From: Alphaproteobacteria bacterium
GTDB taxonomy: Bacteria; Pseudomonadota; Alphaproteobacteria; MPNO01; UBA830
DNA length: 64,000 nucleotides
Assembly: GCA_964291215.2 (NCBI GenBank)
Contig: OZ219790.1
Coordinates: forward strand, 2,016,001-2,080,000
Direction of reading: 5' to 3'
Every line of letters starts with the position of its first letter. Position 1 is the first letter of the stretch. Shown one piece after another: positions 1 to 11,121 of the stretch. The position numbers and the translations under genes are program-made. The notes beneath the pieces are model-generated. The model did not search any database. It saw only the letters and a program-made list of their open reading frames with translations, and had not been told where the DNA came from.

Positions 1-190
1 GATTGCGCAGATAGATCAGGTTCAGCTGCAGCTCGGGGTCGTCGGTCGTCTCTTCCTCGTTTACCCATGACGGCACCCAGTAGACGGCATCCTCGGTGTA
101 GAGGTCGATCCAGTCGTCCCAAAGATGTCGGTCGAGAAGCGTTGCCTCGCGACAGATCAGATTGCTCGCCTCGGTCTGCAAATCGGTCAT
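1..190 (-). CDS. Aromatic ring-hydroxylating dioxygenase beta subunit (5' part, runs off window)
   Basis: Manual translation MTDLQTEASNLICREATLLDRHLWDDWIDLYTEDAVYWVPSW... has the beta-subunit pattern EAxLLD..WDDW..LY.ED..YWVP; ATG overlaps the alpha-subunit stop (ATGA). Confidence 0.85.
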   Translation of the reverse strand, partial: MTDLQTEASNLICREATLLDRHLWDDWIDLYTEDAVYWVPSWVNEEETTDDPELQLNLIYLRN

Positions 191-1509
191 TCCTGCGCGT
201 CCCCGTTCAACATGCGCTGCCACTGGCGGTAAAAGCCGTGATAGATGATCTCGTGGTCCCAGTTGGCGGCCGAGGCCGCCGGCTCGAATCCGAGGCGCCG
301 GGCGTCCTCGTCGGCACCCTCGGTTACCTCGTCCATGCCGCGATTAAAATCGTTCCACTTCGCGTCCGCGGCGCCCGCGCCCTCATGGGTGCTCTCGAGC
401 GCCGCAATGTCGTCGGATGTCGCCATGCCCGACGTCAGGTAGAAGTCCTCGAACTTGCGCAGGCGGCCCGCGCGTGCACGGTCGCTTTCCCCTTTCGGCG
501 CTATGCAATAGACGGTGACGTCGGCGCGGTCGGCGGCAAGCGGCTTTACGACCCTGATCTGGGTCGAAGGGTTGTCCATCAGCATGACATTGGGGAAGAG
601 ATAGAGGTTGCGGCCGCGATTCAGGATCCAGTCGAGCTCGACCGGGCGAAGCTCCTGCTCGAGGCGTTCTTTCGCCTCCCAGATCGGCCTCACCTCCGGC
701 GTCGTGTGCTGGGCCCAGATTGCCATGTGCCCGTGACCAAGATCGTATTGAGCCGACGGCACCAGGGCGCTGGCGAGGCGCCCCGATTCGGTCCTGCGGA
801 TGCCGGTATATTCACCCTTGCTCTCGCGCGCGGCGATGGTATTCGCAAACACTCGATGGACGGTCGAGACATGGTAGCCGTCGACCGAGTTCTCGGCCTG
901 GAGTTTCCAGTTGCCGTCGACAGCGTAGGTCGAACTGCCTGGGACGACTTCCAGCCCGTCCGGCGCCTGCACGGCAAGGAGGTCGATCCAGCTGCAGGCG
1001 GCGCCGAGCCAATCCCGAAGCGGCATGACATCCGCGTCGAGGCACCCGAAGACAAGGCCCCGGTAGCTGTCGAGCCGGGCGATCTCGCGCAGATCGTAGC
1101 GACCGCGGTCCGTCCCCTCCTCCTCGTTCTTGATTCCGATGCAAGCGCCGTCGCAGCGATAGGTCCAGCCGTGAAAGCGGCAGGTGAGGGTCTTCGCGTT
1201 GCCCTGCCGGAACGGGGTGAGCACCGCGGCGCGATGGGAACAGGCATTTATGAAGCACTTTAGCGAACTGTCTTTCTGGCGATGCACGAATACGGGCTGA
1301 CGCCCGATCTCGGTCCAGAAATAGTCGCCATGGGCGGCAACCTGACTGTCGTGGCAGAGGAATACCCAGCATCTGGCGAAGATGCTGTCCATCTCCCGCT
1401 CGAAAATCTCCGGGTCGGTGTAGACGGCACGGTCGACCCGAAAGACGCCCTCCGCGACACGGTCGTCCACCAACGGCGGGACACCCGGCGACATCACTCC
1501 CGAATCCAT
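187..1509 (-). CDS. Rieske ring-hydroxylating dioxygenase alpha subunit (benzoate/anthranilate-like)
   Basis: Rieske motif CSHR-x-CRFHGW, mononuclear Fe motif NWKLQAENSVDGYHVSTVH; start set at MDSGVM with GGAGG RBS. Confidence 0.9.
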   Translation of the reverse strand: MDSGVMSPGVPPLVDDRVAEGVFRVDRAVYTDPEIFEREMDSIFARCWVFLCHDSQVAAHGDYFWTEIGRQPVFVHRQKDSSLKCFINACSHRAAVLTPFRQGNAKTLTCRFHGWTYRCDGACIGIKNEEEGTDRGRYDLREIARLDSYRGLVFGCLDADVMPLRDWLGAACSWIDLLAVQAPDGLEVVPGSSTYAVDGNWKLQAENSVDGYHVSTVHRVFANTIAARESKGEYTGIRRTESGRLASALVPSAQYDLGHGHMAIWAQHTTPEVRPIWEAKERLEQELRPVELDWILNRGRNLYLFPNVMLMDNPSTQIRVVKPLAADRADVTVYCIAPKGESDRARAGRLRKFEDFYLTSGMATSDDIAALESTHEGAGAADAKWNDFNRGMDEVTEGADEDARRLGFEPAASAANWDHEIIYHGFYRQWQRMLNGDAQE

Positions 1510-1519
1510 CGCGCCCTCC

Positions 1520-2842
1520 CTATGCCTGTTCCACCTTCTCGCGCCACAGGCGGTAGAAACTGTGATAAAGCGTCTCGTGATCCCAGCTCGAGTTGCTCGT
1601 CTCCGGATGGAACCCACCGCCGCCGGCGGCATCGTCCGGCCCCGTCACCATCGACGACATCCCGCGATGGAACTCGCACCATCTCGCGAGCCGGCCTCGG
1701 CTTCCCTCGTGGCAGGCTTCGAGCGCCGACACGTCGTCGGATGTCGCCATTCCGCTGGCCATGAAGAAGTCCTCGAACTTGCGCAGCCGCGCATAGCGCG
1801 CCTCCCTGCTCTCGTCGGACGGGGCGAGGCAATGGATGGTGACTTCCGTCTGATCCACCGAAAGCGGCCGGAAGACACGAATCTGCGTGGCCGCAAAATC
1901 GTTGATCATCAGCGACGGAAACACGATCAGGTTGCGGCCGCGGCGCAGCATCCAGTCGACCTTGCCCGCGGGGTATTCCCGCTTGAGGCGCTCTTCGGCC
2001 TCCGACAGCGGCGACGTGGCCACCGGGTCGCGGTCGGCCCAGATCACCATGTGGCCGCGGCCAAGATCGTAGCAGCCCGTGCGCACCTTCCTGGCCAGCC
2101 TCCCGACCTCCGTCCTCATCATACCCTCATAGCCTTCCCGGTTCTCGCGCCGGCGCACTGTGTTGGCGAAGACCCGGTGTACGGTGCTCGTGTGGTAGCC
2201 GTCGACGGCGTTCTCGACGGACATCTTCCAGTTCCCGCCGACGAGGTAGGTCTGCGAGCCGGACAGGACCTCCATGCCCGCCGCCGACTGGTCGGCGACG
2301 AAATCGAGAAAGGCCCGCGACTGCCCGAGGAAGGTCTCGAGCGGCGCGACATCGGGCGACAAGCTGCCGAAGACAAAGCCCTTGTAACTGCCCAGCGCGC
2401 CGATTTCCCTGAGGTCGTAGGCGCTGCGGTCGAAGTCCCCGGGGTAGCCGGTATCCTGCTGCTTGATCCGGATGCAGGCGCCCGAGCAGTCATACGTCCA
2501 GCCGTGGAAGCGGCAGGTGATGGTGCGGGCGTTGCCCTGGCGCAACGGCGTGAGCACCGCGCCGCGGTGCGAGCAGACATTGAGGAAGGCCTTGAGACTG
2601 CCGTCCTGCTGACGATGAGCGAAGACCGGTTGGCGGCCGAGACGTGTCGCCAGGTAGTCCCCGGGCTCGCTCAGCTGGCTCTCGTGGCACAGATATTGCC
2701 AGTCGCCCTCGAAGATGGTCTTCATCTCGGCCTCGAAGACCGCCTCATCGAGATAGATGGCGCGGTCGACCCGGAAGATTCCGGCTTCGGTATCGTCCTC
2801 GAGCAACCCGCCCATGCCGGTGTGGTGTATTGTTCCGTCCAC
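1520..2842 (-). CDS. Second Rieske ring-hydroxylating dioxygenase alpha subunit
   Basis: CSHRGA...CRFHGW and ENAVDGYHTSTVH motifs; paralogous to the adjacent alpha subunit. Confidence 0.9.
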   Translation of the reverse strand: MDGTIHHTGMGGLLEDDTEAGIFRVDRAIYLDEAVFEAEMKTIFEGDWQYLCHESQLSEPGDYLATRLGRQPVFAHRQQDGSLKAFLNVCSHRGAVLTPLRQGNARTITCRFHGWTYDCSGACIRIKQQDTGYPGDFDRSAYDLREIGALGSYKGFVFGSLSPDVAPLETFLGQSRAFLDFVADQSAAGMEVLSGSQTYLVGGNWKMSVENAVDGYHTSTVHRVFANTVRRRENREGYEGMMRTEVGRLARKVRTGCYDLGRGHMVIWADRDPVATSPLSEAEERLKREYPAGKVDWMLRRGRNLIVFPSLMINDFAATQIRVFRPLSVDQTEVTIHCLAPSDESREARYARLRKFEDFFMASGMATSDDVSALEACHEGSRGRLARWCEFHRGMSSMVTGPDDAAGGGGFHPETSNSSWDHETLYHSFYRLWREKVEQA

Positions 2843-2854
2843 TGCCCGCCTCCG

Positions 2855-4057
2855 TCACACTGTATGCCGTCCCGGACCGAATTCCTGCATGATGCTGTTC
2901 TGCACGATCTTCACGCGCCGCGTCGGCGGCGGCGTATTGCGCGAGCGGCCGACGAACCGCGGCACGCCGTCGGTGAAGACTGCAGGAATCGCCGGATAGT
3001 CCCCGTTCTTGATGGCCTCGAGCGCCGTCCGCTTGCTGCCGCCGAGCGGCGCGTCGAGAAGCATCACGTCGCCGGCCTTGCCGCGCCTGATAAAGCCCGT
3101 ATTGAGCCGGTAGACCGCGGCGTTGTTGCCGCACGCCGCAGCGAGCAGCATCTCCGGCGGGTAGCTCGACAGGCAGGACAGCTCGCACACCGACTTGATC
3201 ATGCCGAGCGGCATGACGCCGGTGCCCGTCGGTGTGTCGGTCGCGAGGATCACACGGTCGTAGGCATCTGCCTCGACCGCCATGTCGAGGCACATCAGCG
3301 CGGTCCGGATGTTGCCCGCCTGGCAGATCTGGAGCGCGATATCGCTCTCGTTGATCACCCTCGGAAAGTCCCGGTCCGGCATCGCCACCGGGCCGCCATT
3401 GACGTGGAACGACACGTCGGGGCGCATGTCGAGGAGGTGGTCGCCGGTAATCGGTGAGGAATCCGGGATCGACGCGCCGCCGGTATGCACGTTGACGATC
3501 ATTCCCGCCTTCTGCGCCATGCGAACATAGGGCGTGTATTCGAAGGGCGACTTGAACTTCCCGAAACCGGCCTTGGCCAGCCACACTCCCTGTGCCGCCG
3601 CCTGGTCGAAGTGAGCCTGCGTCAGACCGGGCTCGATGATGACGGCGCCGGCATGGACGTGCATGCCGCCCGGCGAATAGTTGTCGAAGCTCTTCTTGGC
3701 GGCAATGGCCAGGGCCACGACCCCGTCGGGATCGCCGGGCCGGCCCGGCACGTGGACCTCGCTGGCCGAGATTGATGTCGTCACACCGCCATGGAGGTAG
3801 CTCTCGAGGAAGCCTATCGCCCGCTGGCGCGGCGTGTAGTCGGCGAAGGCGACATGGACCTGAGAATCGATGAGTCCCGGGGCCGCGGTCGTACCGCCGG
3901 CATCGAGGATAAAGTCGCAGGATTCCAACTGGCGGTCAGTCAGCGTGCCGACCTTGGTGATCCTGTCATTGTTCATCAGGATCGAATCGCCCTTCGCAAA
4001 GGGCGCGCGCCAGTCACCGGTCACGATGGTGGCGATGTTGACGATGGCGGTTCTCAT
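2855..4057 (-). CDS. Amidohydrolase family protein (enamidase-like)
   Basis: PGLIDSQVH metal site, GGVTT, HTGG, ATDTPTG and ADV/GDV-type C-terminal motif. Confidence 0.8.
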   Translation of the reverse strand: MRTAIVNIATIVTGDWRAPFAKGDSILMNNDRITKVGTLTDRQLESCDFILDAGGTTAAPGLIDSQVHVAFADYTPRQRAIGFLESYLHGGVTTSISASEVHVPGRPGDPDGVVALAIAAKKSFDNYSPGGMHVHAGAVIIEPGLTQAHFDQAAAQGVWLAKAGFGKFKSPFEYTPYVRMAQKAGMIVNVHTGGASIPDSSPITGDHLLDMRPDVSFHVNGGPVAMPDRDFPRVINESDIALQICQAGNIRTALMCLDMAVEADAYDRVILATDTPTGTGVMPLGMIKSVCELSCLSSYPPEMLLAAACGNNAAVYRLNTGFIRRGKAGDVMLLDAPLGGSKRTALEAIKNGDYPAIPAVFTDGVPRFVGRSRNTPPPTRRVKIVQNSIMQEFGPGRHTV

Positions 4058-4071
4058 CTCGCAGTCCGTCC

Positions 4072-4650
4072 CTATCTCAGCCCGTCTGTGCCGGCGATCT
4101 CACCGCTCGACAGGCCCCCGACCCGATGATTGAGGCGCCCGCGATTGGCGACGCAGCAGATGACGCAGATCTCGTCCGCGAGCGGCGCGTCGGGGACCAT
4201 TATGGTCATGCCGTCATAGTGTGAGCGCACATAAAGCGCGTCCTTGTGGGCAAGCGGTATGTCGAGCGTCTCCCCCGGCGCGCAACGCTTGGAAAAGGAC
4301 GATATCCAGGCTTGGCCGCCGCCAACCGCGTCGCGGAGCGCGTTGCCGAACACCGTGGTCAGGCATGCCACGCCGTGCTCCTGCTCCCCGGCGCTGCCGA
4401 CGAGCGCCGCCTTGCCGTAGGATTCCACCGCATAGGGCTTCATCTGGGCGACCGCCATCGCGGCAATCTTCGCGCCGAGTGCGGCGCTGGGCTCGATCAG
4501 CCCGTCCAGGTTTTCGGCATAGGCCCGCCCGGCATAGGGGTTGGCAACTACCGCAACCGCCGCAACCTTGCGCAGCACCTGCTCGCGGGGCTGACCCATG
4601 TCGTGGACAGTTTCCTCGACAACCGTGTAAAGACGCCTGGTGTCCATCAC
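4072..4650 (-). CDS. Amino acid synthesis family protein (DUF1185-like)
   Basis: NPYAGR, ESYGKAALVG..GEQEHG, DIPLAHKD..YVRSHYD motifs. Confidence 0.8.
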   Translation of the reverse strand: MMDTRRLYTVVEETVHDMGQPREQVLRKVAAVAVVANPYAGRAYAENLDGLIEPSAALGAKIAAMAVAQMKPYAVESYGKAALVGSAGEQEHGVACLTTVFGNALRDAVGGGQAWISSFSKRCAPGETLDIPLAHKDALYVRSHYDGMTIMVPDAPLADEICVICCVANRGRLNHRVGGLSSGEIAGTDGLR

Positions 4651-4762
4651 TCCTCCTGTCGCGGAGACCGCTGGCTGCCCCGGGCAGACGCCGGACAGGC
4701 TGCACCGGTCGGCCGATGCCGGACGTACGCACCGCGCATGCGGCAGGCCCGGCGGCGGACCG

Positions 4763-5227
4763 CTAGCCGGATTTTACGGAACCCGACTTGGCGACAACGT
4801 TTAACTGTCGGTACTCGGGATCCGGGTTGCGGGTATCGTCGTTCCCCTCATCGGAATCGGGCTCAGGAGAACCCGAGACCTCGCTGAAGCTGCAGCGTCC
4901 GTCGACACGGGCGCCGGCCTCCATGACAAGGGTCTCATAGAGGATGTCGCCTTCAATCCGCGCCGTCTTCGCCAGCGTCAGCGAGCCGGCCCTGACGTCC
5001 CCGCTGATCTCGCCGAGAATGACGCCTTCGGAGCACGTGACCGACCCGACAAACCGGGCCTTCTCACCAAGCAGGAAACTCCGGCACCTGATGTTCCCCG
5101 ACATGGTGCCATCCACCTGGACCTCTCCGTCGCTGAAGATGTCTCCGGCGATCTCAACGCCCTCGGCCAGATAGGACAGCGCAAGATCGCCGCCGAATCC
5201 GGCATTTCGTTTAGTCTTCGAAAACAT
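4763..5227 (-). CDS. Bactofilin / polymer-forming cytoskeletal protein (CcmA family)
   Basis: SYLAEGVEIAGDIFSDGEVQVDGTMSGNI...ARIEGDILYETLVMEAGARVDG; directly downstream of an M23 peptidase, the usual pairing. Confidence 0.85.
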   Translation of the reverse strand: MFSKTKRNAGFGGDLALSYLAEGVEIAGDIFSDGEVQVDGTMSGNIRCRSFLLGEKARFVGSVTCSEGVILGEISGDVRAGSLTLAKTARIEGDILYETLVMEAGARVDGRCSFSEVSGSPEPDSDEGNDDTRNPDPEYRQLNVVAKSGSVKSG

Positions 5228-6077
5228 GTTTCCCCGCCATGGTGAATTTGAGCGGATCTACCGACTCGCCGTCGATGGTAATCTCGTAATGCAGGTGCAC
5301 ACCGGTCGAGCGTCCGCTTCGGCCCACTTGGGCAATCCGGTCGCGGAACCCCACCTCGTCCCCGCGCCTGACATACACGCGGTGCAGATGCCCGTACCGT
5401 GTCATGATGCCGTTGCCATGATCGATCTCGACGAACCCTCCGTTGCGTCCGGAAAACGTGACCACGCCCGGGACGGGGGCAAGAACCCTCTGAAGGAAGG
5501 GCGGCACCATGTCAATGCCATGATGCATCGCGCGCCGACGGTTGATGGGATCCTTTCGCATGTCGTACTTGCTTGACAGATAATAATAATCAAGCGGCAA
5601 TGCAAACGGAATCTACCGCAGCGCCCTCCTGCGATCGAGCTCCTCCTCAAGAGTGGCCACGGTAGCGCCGAATGCATCCTCGACTCCCTCGAACGGCCCT
5701 CCCTGGGCCAGCATCCGCACAGTACTCCCCTTGATCAGCTGTTCGAGCCCGACGCCGGTCGACGCCAGCAGCGTACGAATCCGTTCGATGTCCGCACGGA
5801 ACTCATAGGCCATGCGGTTCGCAAGCGCGAGCAGGATGCGCGTCTCAAGTCGCGCGCGCCCAACAGCCGCAGCGCGGTCCTTGAGCGATCCCTCGATTTG
5901 GGCGGTCCGGCGCCGCACCCGCTCCCGCGTCAGGTGACCGACCCACGCCGCCTCGGCAAACCGTACCCGCTCCTCCTCTGCTTCTCGCGCAGTACGGTCG
6001 GGCAGCGCACCTAGCAGGCGGAGCCGCGTCTGGATGCGTTCGCTCTCCCGGCGGTTTCCCTCAACCCAAGTTGGCAC
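5211..6077 (-). pseudogene. M23 family peptidase, frameshifted near 5600-5615 and 5'-truncated by a MITE
   Basis: HHGID, YGHL, GRSTGVHLHYEI in ORF 5211-5600; coiled-coil part AQGGPF in another frame; small deletion in SGRNG-GFVEIDHG. Confidence 0.75.
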
Positions 6078-6751
6078 GTAAGCGTTCGTTCGTGCGGTGA
6101 GGTGTTGTTGTTTTCGTCCGTTTGACGGGCTTTTGTCAGGGAGTTCCAGCGTCACCCGGAGCGGTTTCGTGCACCGGGATGCGCGGTGAGGAGCACTGGC
6201 GCCATGCCGTGTTTTCCGCATTGGTTGCGGTTTTGTCCCGGCGCTGCGGAGGAGGAGCCGAGTGCCATCCCGTGCCGGTTGCAGGGGTTAGCGATCAAGG
6301 GTCCGCTTCCAGTCCTTGCGGAGCGGGCCAGATGTCCTTCTTCGGCTTGTCGGCCCTGTTGTGTATCACAACACGACGACTGCGACACGTCGCCAGCGGC
6401 ACGTTGATCCCACGCTGCTAATCCGGCGACGACTGGCGAGATTTTCTCAGTTTGCGTCGCGCTGCAATCGTGCCGCCAAGGCTCGATAGGACCTTCTCGG
6501 CACAAAAATTGCGATCAAGGAGGCGATCTGTGATGACCCGAGCCCCAACGCATTCGGATTTCGCGTCTCCGAATTAGCATGGGATCGTCGTGCGCCAGCG
6601 GCGTCCGCACCCGATGATGACGCGAAATCCTCGATGCACATGACCATGCACGACCTGATAGCACCGCCAAAAAAGTTTATCAGCCCCCTTCTCCGAATCA
6701 CCAAAATAAACCTCAGCGCAGATCGTCATCACCGCACGAACGAACGCTTAC
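6078..6751. mobile_element. IS66-type non-autonomous element (MITE)
   Basis: Perfect 23-bp TIR GTAAGCGTTCGTTCGTGCGGTGA (6078-6100 / 6729-6751); about 6080-6345 matches the IS66 remnant end near 53080-53349 in reverse. Confidence 0.75.
6402..6592. repeat. ~190-bp MITE-like dispersed repeat, copy 1
   Basis: Ends CACGnnGATCCCACGCT ... AGCATGGGATCnnCGTG; similar copies at 8867-9058 and 57655-57847. Confidence 0.7.
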
Positions 6752-6761
6752 CTTCGGTCTA

Positions 6762-8823
6762 GGTTGTGGACTCAAATAATTGGTTTGCGATTCTGCGGAG
6801 CAAGAATCGGCTGGCAGCCAGTTGCACGGCGGAGAGGAAGTTCCTTGTCATAACGGGTGGCGACCCGTCGGAACTCCTTGATCTTACCGAAGAACCGCTC
6901 GACCAGGTTGCGCATCCTGTAGATCTCGCGGTCGAGCGGCCGTGGCGATGTCCGGTTGGATTTTGACGGAATGACCGCGGTTGCTCCTGCCGTCTCGATC
7001 AGATGGCGTCGGTGTCGTAGGCCTTGTCGCCGACCACCGTCTCGCCCGAGGTCGGCGAGAAGCGCCTGCGCGCAGTCGGCTGCTTGGCCCGGGGTCAGGA
7101 ACACGGTCTTCACCCTTTCGTTCTCGCCAAGATGGATCTTCGTCGTTCGTCCGCCACGGCCCGATTTGGATTACGCAACCTGATGTCTGGAAATTGTCGT
7201 GAAGCTGATCGAGCTGTTCCCATTTGATGTATGCCTTGGTTTCGGTTTCCCATTTTTCGTCGATGAGGACCGCGGTTGAGAGGCGCTCCAACGAGGCGAG
7301 GTTCGGAAAGACCCTGACTTTGGAGGTGCGCCGCTTGAGCTCTTGCTGGATCGGTCGCTCGATGCCGTTCGAGGTTCGCATGCGCTTGTGGTGAGCATCG
7401 GGCAAGGTGAAGACAGCGAGCCCCGCATTCTTTTCCAGCCAGGAAGCCTGGATGCTTGTCGCTGGCCACGAGGGCGCCCAGTTCAGCCTCGGCGGTTTGG
7501 AGTGAGGACGCATGGCTCCGAGCTGTTTTCCAATACGTTTCCTGATGTCGTTGTTCGGTGCACGGCGTTTTGTGCCAAGTGGAACTGGCAGCGCTGCCAC
7601 ATCGCCGCGCCCAGCACCGTGCCGCTTTCAGCCCGGCATCCGAGACAATGAAGGTCGTACCATGCAGGGCTAGCAAGCTTTCCAGGAAGGCTCTCCAATG
7701 GACCTCGGCCTCGGAGAGCGCCACAGAGAGCCCCAGAACGTGCCTGCAGCCCCTATTCCGATGGCCGAGAGCACTGCAACATCGCGCACAACGCCGTCAT
7801 GGCGGGCTTTTTCATAGCGCGCATCCAGGTATTTCATCAGGGGCCGGTTGCGCGGCGAGTTCTTCATCGAGCAACCTGGTGGCCCCCTGAGAAGAGGACA
7901 GGCTCCCGAACTCGCGCATTACATCTTGCCGCGTGGAAACACCCTTGATGTACATCTCGGCTACGGCCAGCATGACAGCGCGAGAAGATCGCTGGCCGCG
8001 TTCAAGCGACTGGGGGGGTCGTCCCCGTGACCGGCCGTCTTTGGCACCTGAACGGTAACAGTGGGGGTGTCGATCCGTTTGTAGCCGTTGGCATAGCCCT
8101 GTCGCTCCGGTGTCCGGTGGCCCGCTCTCAAGTGCTGCTCGCGCTCGATTTGCATCGCAAGCTCGAAGAGCTGACCAAAGATCCGCCCCAGATCCGTTGC
8201 TCCGTTTGCGATCAGATGTTCCAAAACGGCCTCAATCGTCGTAGTGTGTCGCAGGTCCATTCGCTTCCTCCATGAATGTTTTACAACTCCATGGGATAGC
8301 ACGATGGCGCTGCGTTTCACTGGGGGGCTAGCCCCCCAGTGAAACGCCTCAAAGCGCAAACCTCAGACAAATTTCCAGACATCAAGTTACAGTACCCCGA
8401 TTTTTTGCGAAGGCTCGTCGTCCCGGGACACCACAGCTTGTGAACGCGCACCGACGAGGAGTTCACCATGCGCAGATGAACCGGCGGGCCATCGTCGCTC
8501 CCGTCATCACCGCTCGTAAGCCTTTGAAGCTTCTCCATGCCCAAGTGCCGTTCTTGCTCCACCGGTTGAAGCGGTTGAAGCAGACGGACCGTAGCGCAGG
8601 TCGCGCCACGGCGTACCAGTGCGAAGCACGAAAAATATCCCGTTCCTCCGGTCATGCACCCGCTCCGGGCCTTGGTGCTTGTCAGGAAGCACCGAGCAGA
8701 GAACTTCCCATTCCGCGTCGCTCATGTTGTGTCGGTCGCCGCTCATCCCTCATTCTCCTTGTGAATCGCTTTCGACAAGATATGGCAGATCGTGCAAAAA
8801 TGTCAATATTTGGGTACAGAACC
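6762..8823 (-). mobile_element. IS5 family element, degraded, interrupted by IS256
   Basis: TIRs GGTTGTGGACTCAAATA / GGTTCTGTACCCAAATA in CTAG context; N-term MSDAEWE...NGIFFVLRTGTPWRDL (8507-8746); C-term RNLVERFFGKIKEFRRVATRYDK (6772-7113). Confidence 0.85.
7168..8395 (-). mobile_element. IS256 family element, frameshifted
   Basis: TIRs GATTACGCAACCTGATGTCTGGAAATT / GTACTGTAACTTGATGTCTGGAAATT; target duplication CCCGATTT; motifs RQGYANGY, YLDARYEK, WQRCQFH, RTSNGIER. Confidence 0.88.
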
Positions 8824-8866
8824 TAGGGCATCGGTGATTTTTCTGTCAAGGGCATCGGCGCGGCAC

Positions 8867-9058
8867 CACGACGATCCCACGCTGCTAATCCAGCGGCGAC
8901 CGGCGAGATTTTTCGGTCTGCGTCGCGCTGCAATCGTACTGCCAAGACTCAATGAGACCCTCTCGGCGCGAAAAATTGCGATCAAGGGGCGATCTGTGAT
9001 CACGCGAGCCCCAACGCACTCGGATTTCACATCTCCGAAACAGCATGGGATCACCGTG
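8867..9058. repeat. ~190-bp MITE-like dispersed repeat, copy 2
   Basis: Same ends and body as 6402-6592. Confidence 0.7.
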
Positions 9059-9079
9059 CGCGGCGCCCCAGGTGTTTCC

Positions 9080-10774
9080 CACGCTACATTCAATTTTGCT
9101 GTCCGGAGGTTTCACAGCATGCCGGGTTTTCTGGCTTCGGGGCCGTCCGCGGTCGTCGCCGGCGGCGTTATCGGCGCGTGGGCGGGTTGTTTTCGGGATG
9201 TGGGCGGGTTGTGGGCGGCGTCCGGGAATCGGCCGGACGCTATTGGCGCTCAGGGCTGCGACGGCTTCCCGGCGGTCGAGCCGCCGCCGTGTTTCGGCGA
9301 GGCTCTCGCGTCGGTTGGCGAAGATCACCGCGAGCGCGATGTTGTCGAGGCTGACGCGGTTTGCGAGTCAGGCAGGCGTCCTCGCCGAAGACGCAGTCTC
9401 GGTGATTAATGTTTTCCACGGCCCGCGGCCGCAGCAGTTCCTCTGGCGACGCGTGTTGCGCATCGAGCGAGGTGATGATGTACCGGTGCAGTCGTTGCCG
9501 CTGACGCTCTTTCCCGGCGGCTTGCGACAGCGCTTGATGCGGGCGATCCGGCTGACGCCGGGGTAGTTGATCAAGCCCTTGAGCGGCACGCGCTGCTCGA
9601 GGCGGGCCTTGCCTCCTTGAAGCGGCCATCCGTCTCCCGATCGATGCCGTCGAAGGTTTCGGGCGCCCTTGACCGGGAAGACGTGGTCTGCGCCGCAGCG
9701 CCGGGTGATCAGCGTCGCCGGCGTCGTGCGGGTGATCACCTTGCCGCGAACATCGGTGCGCTCGAGGAGGTGGCCGCCGGCTCGCCGTCGTCGAAGTTCA
9801 ACAGCGCGAAGGGTGCGCCGGAGGCGTGAGGGCCACGGTCTCATGGTCGCCGTTGCGGTTAGCGCCCGGGCGAGCCGGCGGCCGAGCACATCCTCGAGCG
9901 CCTCGGGATCGATCGACTGCCCGGTGGAGGGTCGCCCTGGAGGGCGGCTCGCGCAGCTCCGTCCTCGGGTTCCGCCGATGGCCTCGTCCCGGGACAGCGA
10001 CCGCGCAAACTGCGCAGCTGCCTTTCATGTTCGCAAGCTCGGCGAGAACGTGAGCACACCGTGTGCTTCCTGCGCGGCGGAAGTCCTCGATCGCCGCCAG
10101 CTCGTCGTGCAGCGAACGCATCACCTCGGAACCCCGGGGAGCGAGGAGGCAGGCCACCGCAGCGCCTGCGACAGCAGCCGTCGCGCCGCACAACGAAAAT
10201 CTCCTTGCCATGGGAGGTCGGTGCAGCGCCCGTTGGCGCGGGCAAACCCCCTGGCACGCCAGCCCGCCGCCTTGTGCCCGCAAAACGCGCCGGATCGCAG
10301 AACGTCTCCGCCACCTGGTGGCCGCAGGCCCAGTCGTCGGCCAGCCGCCGCGTCGTAAGAAAGAAGGAGGCAAGGTTCGGAAACGTTCCCGGCGCCGCAC
10401 GCAGTCGCGTGTTGTCAGATCAAGCCACTGCTGCTCCGGCTTCCAGCCACCGGTCGCGGCACTTGAAGGCCCCGTCACGCCGCCAGACCACTGCCCCCTG
10501 AAGGACGCAATATGGCGCAGCCCCGCCAGACGGCGAAACCCGAGATAGTCGTCCATCAACGCAGCGGACGCTCCTCGGGCTTCGCAAACCTCGGACAGAC
10601 CCTTCCGGAGCTGCGACGTGAATCGGACAGGACGCGATGTACTTGTGAACCGACATTCCCGCACCATGACAACTCCAGTGCAGGAAAGCCAGCGAAAACT
10701 GCAAAAAAAATCTCCCCGCACCAACCCGCCCCAACCCCAGGTGCTGCTCTGAAAAACAAACAGAATTTAGCGTG
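9080..10774 (-). mobile_element. ISAs1 family element with N-terminal DUF4338 (DruA-like) region, degraded
   Basis: TIR CACGCTACATTC / CACGCTAAATTC; fragments LMDDYLGFRRLAG, AETFCDPARFAG, TDVRGKVIT, GADHVFPVKG. Confidence 0.78.
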
Positions 10775-11121
10775 AGATTTCTCTGCGCGGCGCCCCAAGA
10801 CTTTCCCATGCTGTGGATGATGTTCAGAATGACCGCTGGCGGGGCACAAATTTCCGCATTCTTGCCAAGCTTTCCGGCTGCGGCAACCCGTGGACGGCCC
10901 CGCAGCCGGAAAACCCGGCAAGGTTGGGCCTGTGCAACCTCCCTCCATCAGCAGTCGGCGAGATCGAATGCAGCGTGGGAAAGTCCTGCTCTCTCCAATC
11001 GGGGATATCGCCCGCACGTAGCGGGCTTCCGTTTGCGGCGGGCGCGACTGTAACACTGGCTGACGCCAGCCGGACCGAAAAAGCTCTCGCTTTCGATGCC
11101 ATGTCGTGTCATATTGCCGGC

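Noticed and set aside
67-3457. Long plus-strand ORFs (67-1263, 1562-3457)
   Set aside because: Antisense shadows of the minus-strand dioxygenase and amidohydrolase genes in high-GC DNA; no motifs.
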